From the NCBI GenBank assembly GCA_963770745.1, contig CAVYRA010000001.1:24832-88831 (forward strand): a stretch of 64,000 nucleotides of DNA, written 5' to 3'. Both the position numbers and the translations under genes were made by a program. This DNA is from an uncultured Rikenellaceae bacterium. GTDB taxonomy: Bacteria > Bacteroidota > Bacteroidia > Bacteroidales > VadinHA17. Below the pieces are notes generated by a model. That model was not told the origin of the DNA. It worked only from the letters and a program-made list of their open reading frames with translations, and searched no databases. This document shows positions 56,729-64,000 of this stretch, one piece after another. The stretch's first letter is position 1. Each line of letters begins with the position of its first letter.

Positions 56729-58114
56729 TCAATTTTTCAGATAGCTGAATCCCAGCTTGTTGAGTCCTTTCCGGATAGCAGGATCCTTCATCACGTAATC
56801 CCACACCAGCCCGGTCCGGAAATTTTCTATCATGATCAGCATCGGGCCCTGGTCAATGCCTATGAAATCATCATTGACCCAATTGGCTGTCAGGTTAAAG
56901 GAATCATAGTATCCGTATTTGCCCCACAGCCGGTCGCCATACTTTTCATTTATCGATTTTATTGTTGGCAGCACTATTTCCGGGGCAAAGGGCAATGATG
57001 ACAGAGGGCCGTAAGGAGCGATGGTTCCGTCATCAAAATAGTTATAATCCGGGCCGCTGGTCCCTCTCCCGGCGTAGCCAAGGAACTCCCTGCCGTCAAA
57101 GTTATAAATGGCCGTCGGCCCGTCACTGGCCGTTATACCCCAGCAGAGCGAATCATACCCGACCCACCCGTGAGGATTATCTATAGCATACTGTCGCTGT
57201 ACATATGTCGCACGGCGTGAGTTTTCGAAGTAGTCGATCCCCTTCTCTTTCATGTATGAGTCAGCTATGCCGCGGAAGTCTATGAATGCCTGTGAGAACT
57301 GGTGACCGAAGAGCGGCGGGAATGCAACATGAGAAAGACCGTCGTAAGGGGTCTGCCATTTATAGGAGCTTAACCATGAGTTATAGCTCTCTTCAGCGTT
57401 CTCCATCCCGGTCCCTGCGGCAAGAATATACAGAAAGAGCGCTTCGTTGTAACCGCTCCATCCCATATGGTGGAGCCCCTCCTCAGGGTGCCAGCCCATT
57501 GAGATCTGGCTGGCATACTTACCCGTATCAGGCATCATCATGAACTCCCACTCTATACGGCTTAACAGCAGATCAGCCTGTGAACGGATACGCCGTTCAA
57601 TGTCACTGCCGAGGTTGTAATAGTTACGTGCAAAGATTATTCCCATCATAAGGAGGCCCGTATCTACAGTCGACAGTTCACATCTCCATTCCCTGGTGCC
57701 GGTGCTCATTCGCAGGAAGTGGTAGTAGAAGCCCCTGTAGCCGGTCACGGCAGTATCAGCACTCTGCACCGAATTGACGAAAAAGTCGAGAGTGTTCAGG
57801 GTTATCCGGGCCGCATCGTCCCGGGTAATCCAGTTCCTCTCCACGCCAACTGCAAAAGATGGCAGTGCGAATCCGGTAGACGCGATGCTGGACGGGGCCC
57901 ATGCCGCTGTGCGGTCCTTGACTATTCCCCATTCGGGATGATGCTCATGCAGAAAGAACCGGAAAGTCTTCTCCTGGATCGAGTCAAGCATTGCCTCTTC
58001 ACCGGCAGTCAGGTTATAATTGGCCCGGCCATTTGATGTGTAGTTGATCTGCACCTGGCGATTGCACGAGGTAAGCACAATTACCGCCAGTATGATAAGG
58101 TATGTCTTTCTCAT
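56729..58114 (-). CDS. Glucoamylase-like/DUF3131 lipoprotein, GH144-related beta-1,2-glucanase candidate
   Basis: SIASTGF, GFYYHF, ELSTVDT, GYNEA, PLFGHQFS, WGITASDGP and IGIDQGPMLIMIENFRTG. Confidence 0.8.
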   Translation of the reverse strand: MRKTYLIILAVIVLTSCNRQVQINYTSNGRANYNLTAGEEAMLDSIQEKTFRFFLHEHHPEWGIVKDRTAAWAPSSIASTGFALPSFAVGVERNWITRDDAARITLNTLDFFVNSVQSADTAVTGYRGFYYHFLRMSTGTREWRCELSTVDTGLLMMGIIFARNYYNLGSDIERRIRSQADLLLSRIEWEFMMMPDTGKYASQISMGWHPEEGLHHMGWSGYNEALFLYILAAGTGMENAEESYNSWLSSYKWQTPYDGLSHVAFPPLFGHQFSQAFIDFRGIADSYMKEKGIDYFENSRRATYVQRQYAIDNPHGWVGYDSLCWGITASDGPTAIYNFDGREFLGYAGRGTSGPDYNYFDDGTIAPYGPLSSLPFAPEIVLPTIKSINEKYGDRLWGKYGYYDSFNLTANWVNDDFIGIDQGPMLIMIENFRTGLVWDYVMKDPAIRKGLNKLGFSYLKN

Positions 58115-58120
58115 CTCTTT

Positions 58121-60094
58121 TCAGTATGTAAATCCAAGTTTATCAAGACCGGCCCTCACCTCCGGTGCAGACATGAAGAGATTCCACAAAAGCCCGGTCC
58201 GGTGGTTCTCGATCATGCAAACAATTGGACCCTGGTCAATGGCCAGATATGAGGTACCCCACCAGCCGGCCGTTGCATTGAAGGCATCGTAGAAGCCATA
58301 CTGGCCCCAGGTCCGGTCACCCAGCACATAGTAGAAATGCCTGATTGCATCCATCGACTGTTCAGGGGTATAAGGAAGTGATGAGAGAGCAGCCGTAGGG
58401 GTGATCACCCCCAGGTCATTGGTGGGCGAATGTGCGCTGTAACCCCACTGGTTGTCGCTGGCGGTAAGTCCCCAGCAATCACTGCTGTAGCTCACATAGC
58501 CATAGGGATTTGTCTCGCAATGTGTCCAGTTGATAAGGGTGTGAGCGACGTTCTGATCCCAGTAATTAACATAAATATCATTAAGATCACGCGGATCAAG
58601 CCCCAGGAAGGAGTAATGCGTGAAGAAGAGCGGTCCGCCGTATGGCCCTCCCATTGGCAAAGTGATGCCGTAGTAAGAGCTGCCGTTCAGGATGGCCCCG
58701 TTATTCATATAGCCGTACCTGTAAGTATCCCTGCTGATGGTATGAGTGGGTGATCCGGCGCCGAGAACATAAGAGATCAGCGTTTCATTGTAGCCTCGCA
58801 GCATCATGTTTATGTTGAACCCATAGTTGGGCGACCAGTGCCAGTACAAGGCGTTCAGTCCCTGCGTAAAGAAGTCGAATTCCACCGCATGCCAAAGGAT
58901 ATTGATGCGGTCAATCAGCAGTTTCTCAGCCGGCACCCCGGGATCGAGGTACTGACGGAATGCGATAAGTCCCTGGATGAGGAACGATGTTTCCACAAGG
59001 TCGCCGCCGTTGTCCTTCTCGCTGAAGGGCACCGTTTTGCCTGTTGCGCCGTTGAGCCAGTGCGGCCACACGCCATGATAGCGGTCGCAGGTTTCCAGAA
59101 AATCGAGGATCTTATCCATATGGGCAAGTCCCTCAGTCCTGGTGATAAAGCCCCGCTCCATGGCGACTATCATGGCCATCACGCCAAAGCCTGTTCCGCC
59201 GGTGGTGACAAGGTCGCCGGAGGTGTTGCGTTCTCGTGCAAGGCCGCTGGCAGGATGTGCAAAGTCGTAAAAATACCTGAATGTCTGTCGTTGAACGAGT
59301 TCAAGCAGCTCGTCATCCGTTATCAGGGGGAATTTCAGAGTCGGGTCAAGGTCTGTAACAAAGGCGTTGGAGAACCCGTCGAAAGTGAAACCATTCAGTC
59401 CCTTCAGACTGCTTGATATGACAAATGGGTACCTCTTGTAATAGTCAAGAGTACCTGTAGTTGTAACCGTCACTCTCCTGTTACCGTCAGAGAGAGCATA
59501 GGCTGGCCGGCACCTGGAAACTAAAATAGGACTGATAATCAGACGGATTAAGAGGTTCGGAAAAATTGACAACAATTGTCGGTTGCCGTCCTGCTGACAT
59601 TTTTTGGTGAAGGCAGGAGGCATGAAAGTCTGCCCGTTGACGGTGATTGAGCTGATAACCATCTTCCCGTTGACGGTTTTAAAGTTGTAGGTCACACCCG
59701 GGAAGGTCTCCCCGTTGATACCTTTGAGTGAAGAGGTGACCTCGAGGGTGTAGTCTGCTAAAGTGCTCCAGGTTCTGAGCGGGTGTGAAGAGCCACTGTA
59801 CTGTTACCGTCCATGTAGGAGCAGAGTGCCGGGAATCAGGTTGACACCGTTCTTTTTCAGCAGAATGCTCTTTACGGCCGATGCGGTATCAAGCACATTG
59901 CTGAATTCGATGATAACATTCTTGTCAACAGGGATCTCCCCGACGGTGTTCTGAAGATCAAGATAGACGGTTCCGACCTTTGCCCTTATAAGCTGGACAT
60001 TACCGGCGGTACCGCCATCCGGGTCTTTCTTCTCACATGACAGGGCCAGCACCGCAAGGGCAACCAGCCACGCTCCCATTAACCTGTTCCGCAT
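58121..60094 (-). CDS. Surface lipoprotein: Ig-like (Big_5) domains plus GH144 endo-beta-1,2-glucanase; interrupted by several 1-bp insertions
   Basis: Lipobox LALS-C at the 60094 start. Frame-corrected VVNFSEPLNPS Ig motif; catalytic domain GGTGFG, DNGGDLVETSF, GPLFFTHYSFLGLDP, WGLTASD and YLAIDQGP. Confidence 0.8.
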
Positions 60095-60110
60095 GATGAA
60101 ATTTTAAAGG

Positions 60111-60146
60111 AAAAAAGGAGGGTCCGGGCGCTTGCCTGGACCCTCC
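60111..60146 (-). terminator. Intrinsic terminator inside the PUL
   Basis: Minus strand GGAGGGTCCAGGC-AAGC-GCCCGGACCCTCC-TTTTTT after the SusE-positioned gene. Confidence 0.85.
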
Positions 60147-60169
60147 GTAAATATAAATTCAAAAAACTA

Positions 60170-61397
60170 TTACGGTTTCTCCGAATTGTACATGAGGAGA
60201 ATTTCGTTTTCACTGAAGAGCCTTGTGCCAGAAACGGATATCATCAAGCTGACCCTTGAAATGGTTGTTGGCGGGCAAAGAATAATCAGCCCATTCGTCG
60301 GTGATGGTCCTGTTGTTCCTTCCCTGGATGAATCCGAGTGCAAGCTTGTTGCCTGCGGGCAGACCTGCATACTTCATTCCGGTCACGCCTCTCTTGGCAT
60401 CTCCGACAGGCCACAGGTTAAAGTCGAAGGCCTTCATCCTCTGGCCGTTAAAGTAGAGGGTGCCGACTTTTGTCGCGCCATTATATGTGTAAACCACATT
60501 AATCCAGTTATCCTTCAGCAATGCGGTCATCTCAGCAACGGTCAGGCTCTTTGCATAACTCCATCCCTGCCAGCCAAGGTCAGCAAGCGACGGAAACCAC
60601 ATGTCCTCAGACGCTGTTCCTGTTGCAAGCTGGTACTGGATAGCCAACTTTGATCCGGTATAGTCACCATATACTTCATACTGGAAACCGTTCCATCCGG
60701 CCAGGCCCATCACAAAGTGATTGTTGGTTTTATCGGCTGAGTTGGTCTTCATCCAGAATGCCATTGTGAAGTTGTTGGTATTCATGAGGAGCTCACCGTT
60801 GGGGACCTCAATAATGCTTGTGGTACCGTTGAATGTGGCTGCCTTGCCGGCAGCAGCTTTTCTTGATGCGGTATAGGTGATGCCGATAATATCTGCTGCT
60901 GCGGGATCCCACGGTCCGATTATGTCATTGGCGTTATCCTCGAAGGTAAAATGTGCTATTGCACCTGCAGGAGCAAAAGTGCCTTCGGTGGTGAAGGTCC
61001 TCTGGAACGGGGTGATAGCAAGAGCGTCCAGTGACTTCAGTCCTGCACCGAAGCTGAGCTGGTAAAGGGCTCCGGTTCCAAGACCTGCCTGGGGCACGAT
61101 TGTGATGGTCTTGCCTGAGGTGGTTATTGTCAGCGGAACAGCAGCATCATCATAATCCTGTACCATTGTGATGTTCGTAGCGGTTGCCGTTGCCGGGTCC
61201 ACATCAACATTAAAGGTGGCAACGATCGTAGGACTCACCGGAACATTATTCGGTGATGTGGCGCCATTGAGGTCAATGGTACCGGACAGAAGGCTTACCA
61301 GAGCCAGTGGGTCCGGATCCTTTTTGCAGCTGGTGAGCATCAGTGAAAATGCCACAGCAACAAAAAACAAACTTGAAATTGCATTTTTTGTTTTCAT
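60170..61397 (-). CDS. SusE-positioned surface glycan-binding lipoprotein (Ig-like plus LamG/ConA-like); 1-bp insertion near the 3' end
   Basis: Lipobox LTS-C, AHFTFEDNAND, FTMAFWMK and FKGQLDDIRFW. Removing one T near 60216 restores KALSENEILLMYNSEKP*. Confidence 0.8.
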
Positions 61398-61444
61398 AAA
61401 CTTTTTAATTTTAAATTTAACATTCATACGTACTATCTAATAAC

Positions 61445-62926
61445 TTACCAGTTGGGATTCTGTTCAAGGGAACCCTGTGATATATCTATTTCATTCTGGG
61501 GAATCGGAAACAGCTCGTGTTTACCGGCAACAAAACCCAGAGGACCAAGCACCTGGGCGGCCTTATCGGTCCTGACCAGGTCCCAGAACCTGTGCCCTTC
61601 AAGCGCAAGTTCCGACCTCCGCTCCTCGATTATAATGTCTCTTAAAGCACCCTTGCCGGTTTCGGTTATGTCCGGCAATATGCTGTCATCGTCCTGACGC
61701 GCCCTCCTTCTCACCTCATTAAGGTAGAGCAGGGCGTCATCGGGATTATCGTTCTCATTCAGGGCTTCTGCAGCCATTAGCAGGACGTCGGCATAACGGA
61801 TCAGCCTCCTGTTATGGCCCCATTGGGTGGTCGTATTGTTACCGGGGTACCATATCTTCTGGTTGTAACACTCTACCTCAATTACATTTCCCAAATCATC
61901 AAGTGTCTCATCGGGAGTTGTACCGTCGCCGAGGATAAGCACTCCGTCAAGTATTTCGCCCAGGTTGATAATGGTTGCTTCGAGACGGGGGTCACCCGTT
62001 TCAAAGGAGGCGCGCAGATCAAGTGAGGGCCTGTTGAATCCCCAGCCCCTGTTAGGCGATCCTCTGACTCCCTGAGTATTGGCGTACTGATTGCCGCCGG
62101 TGCCGTCAACCTCCATTGCCCCCACCTCAAATACCGATTCCACTCCGTGCTCCCCCTCTTTGCCGTTGGCATCGGCAAAGACAGGCTCCAGGTCATACTC
62201 ATCCGAAATAATAACTTCAAGCGCATACTTTTCCGCATTGATAAAATCCTTTCTGAAAAGATAGACCTTTGCCAGGAGAGATTTGGCAGCACCTTTAGTT
62301 GCACGGCCTGCATCATCCTGACCGTAGGCACTCTTCTCCGGAAGGTTAATGATTGCATTTTCCAGGTCAGCAATGATCAGGTCATAGATCTCTCCTGCAG
62401 TTGAACGCGGTACCTTTGTCGGAGGGATGGTAACGGTCACTTTGGGTACTCCTCCGAAAGCCCTTACAAGGTCGAAGTAATAGAGCCCCCTCAGGAAACT
62501 TGCCTCCGCGACACAACGGTTCCGAAGGTCAGTGTTCATGTCAATTGAGGGCACCTTTTCAATAACCACGTTGGCCCTCTTTATACCTTCATACAACGAG
62601 CTCCACCAGCGGTCAAGCCCATCCTGCGTTGTGGTATAGGTAAAATTATCATACGGACCAATCGTAGGAAGCTGGTCATTCGGATTACTCCCCTTGTGGG
62701 CATCATCTGACATGATATCCATTATCGGAAAACCTCCTGAATGGTACGACCAGTTAAGAATGGTTGAATAAACGGCATTGGTTGCGAGCAATGCGTCTGA
62801 ACCAGTCACCGGAAAGGCCTCCTGTGTCAGCTCTCCCTGCGGATCCTTCTGTAGAAAATCTTCGCATCCCGCCGTGATCAGGAGGAATGCCATCAGAATG
62901 ATTGATATGGTAATCTTGGTTTTCAT
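61445..62926 (-). CDS. susD: SusD/RagB-family glycan-binding lipoprotein
   Basis: Lipobox TAG-C, AEASFLRGLYYFDLVRAFGGVP, IRYADVLLMAAEA, ERRSELALEGHRFWDLVR and QNPNW. Confidence 0.95.
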   Translation of the reverse strand: MKTKITISIILMAFLLITAGCEDFLQKDPQGELTQEAFPVTGSDALLATNAVYSTILNWSYHSGGFPIMDIMSDDAHKGSNPNDQLPTIGPYDNFTYTTTQDGLDRWWSSLYEGIKRANVVIEKVPSIDMNTDLRNRCVAEASFLRGLYYFDLVRAFGGVPKVTVTIPPTKVPRSTAGEIYDLIIADLENAIINLPEKSAYGQDDAGRATKGAAKSLLAKVYLFRKDFINAEKYALEVIISDEYDLEPVFADANGKEGEHGVESVFEVGAMEVDGTGGNQYANTQGVRGSPNRGWGFNRPSLDLRASFETGDPRLEATIINLGEILDGVLILGDGTTPDETLDDLGNVIEVECYNQKIWYPGNNTTTQWGHNRRLIRYADVLLMAAEALNENDNPDDALLYLNEVRRRARQDDDSILPDITETGKGALRDIIIEERRSELALEGHRFWDLVRTDKAAQVLGPLGFVAGKHELFPIPQNEIDISQGSLEQNPNW

Positions 62927-62931
62927 CTTAC

Positions 62932-64000
62932 TTAGAATTGCAGGTTAACACCAACTGAATAGACAGAAGTGATCGGATAGGCCCCATAGTCTATCCCGTT
63001 CGACAGAACATCATAGCTTCCGATCTCCGGAGTGTAACCGGTAAACTTCGTCAGAGTGAAAAGGTTTGAACCCTTGACATATACCCTGAGCTGTTGCATA
63101 TATGCCTTCTGTGATAAACGGGCCGGCAGTGTGTAACCAAGGGTGACACTCCTCAGCCTGATGAATGAACCGTCCTGTATAAACCGGTCTGAAGGAGTGA
63201 AATTATACCCGCCAAAAGAGGGTCTTGGTTCAATGTTGCTCGTTCCAGGGCCGGTCCATCGGTCAAACACATGCTTCTCGAAGTTGTAAGGGTCAGGCCT
63301 CACCACCTCTTTACCGTTAAAAATCTTATTTCCTGTCTGACCCTGAAAGTCCAGGGCAAAGTCAATTCCCTTGAATTCTATCGAGCTATTAAATCCAAAA
63401 ATGAGTTTTGGAATGGGAGAGCCGATGTATGTCCTGTCACGCCCGTCAATGACACCGTCATTCGTCACATCAACAAACCTGAGGTCTCCCGGACCTGCCT
63501 GGGCTGAATGGGGATAGGCAGCAAGCTCCCCCTCATCCTGGAATATACCGTCGGTCTTGTACCCGTAAAATGCACCGATAGGCAGCCCGACACGGCTCAG
63601 CGTAACAGGCCTGCCGTCTCCCAGGTACCCGCCTATGAGAGTGGAGTCAACCCCGCTGGCGCCTCCTATTTCCAGCACTTCATTATGAATGGTTGAACCG
63701 AGCACACCGAAAGAGTAAGTGAAATCGCCTCTCTTCTCCCTCCAGTTCACGTTGAATTCAAATCCCCTGTTCAGAACCGAGGCTGCATTGTAGCGTACCT
63801 TCTGACCCTGTCCGTTGCCAAGATGACCCGGTGTGGATAGTTCAATCAGTATGTCATTTGTCACACGGTTGTAAAAGTCAAATTCACCTGTGAGCTTGTT
63901 TGCCAGAAACCCAATCTCTGCACCAATATCAGTCTGAGTGGTACTCTCCCACCTCAGGTCAGGGTTGCCGCTTTTACCGTATGTTGCGCCAGGTATCGGA
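62932..64000 (-). CDS. susC: SusC/RagA TonB-dependent transporter, C-terminal part (truncated by window end)
   Basis: GNPDLRWE, NRGFEF, PGDLRFVD, DGSFIRLRSVTLGY and C-terminal YPITSVYSVGVNLQF. Confidence 0.95.
   Translation of the reverse strand, partial: PIPGATYGKSGNPDLRWESTTQTDIGAEIGFLANKLTGEFDFYNRVTNDILIELSTPGHLGNGQGQKVRYNAASVLNRGFEFNVNWREKRGDFTYSFGVLGSTIHNEVLEIGGASGVDSTLIGGYLGDGRPVTLSRVGLPIGAFYGYKTDGIFQDEGELAAYPHSAQAGPGDLRFVDVTNDGVIDGRDRTYIGSPIPKLIFGFNSSIEFKGIDFALDFQGQTGNKIFNGKEVVRPDPYNFEKHVFDRWTGPGTSNIEPRPSFGGYNFTPSDRFIQDGSFIRLRSVTLGYTLPARLSQKAYMQQLRVYVKGSNLFTLTKFTGYTPEIGSYDVLSNGIDYGAYPITSVYSVGVNLQF

Noticed and set aside
59804-60370. Separate 96-aa and 66-aa genes
   Set aside because: They are frameshift fragments of the Ig-GH144 lipoprotein N-terminus and the LamG protein C-terminus.

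Overview
This window looks like a Bacteroidota (Bacteroidales-like) chromosome segment, based on a SusC/SusD pair, many TAnnTTTG promoter boxes and lipoprotein signal peptides. It has four parts. (1) The 3' end of recA and a putP-like symporter. (2) A ~12-kb, all-minus-strand accessory block (1985-14150) holding a hybrid sensor kinase/AraC regulator, two paralogous membrane-anchored AraC-TolB_N-TPR regulators and five small secreted or lipoprotein genes. This block also carries unannotated non-coding structure: three copies of a ~118-nt structured RNA-like element, two further RNA-like elements, three copies of a promoter with 21-bp-spaced direct repeats, and an 8 x 21-bp array of that repeat against the HTCS stop codon. 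(3) Mostly housekeeping genes (14381-42622): S9 peptidase, a DUF134/NifX-like/CGGC/MinD-ferredoxin operon, Fic, lactonase, pnuC, MutS-like, ATPase, miaA, smpB, LOG, uvrA, lytic transglycosylase, ECF sigma with a beta-barrel partner, lpdA, znuABC and a two-component system. (4) A polysaccharide utilisation locus (42660-64000) whose enzymes point to beta-1,2-glucan: two GH144-like glucanases, GH94 oligoglucan phosphorylase, GH35-like transglucosylase and an unclassified CBM32/six-hairpin enzyme. Several genes carry single-base indels that look like assembly errors. All family calls come from motif recognition by eye; no database searches were run.
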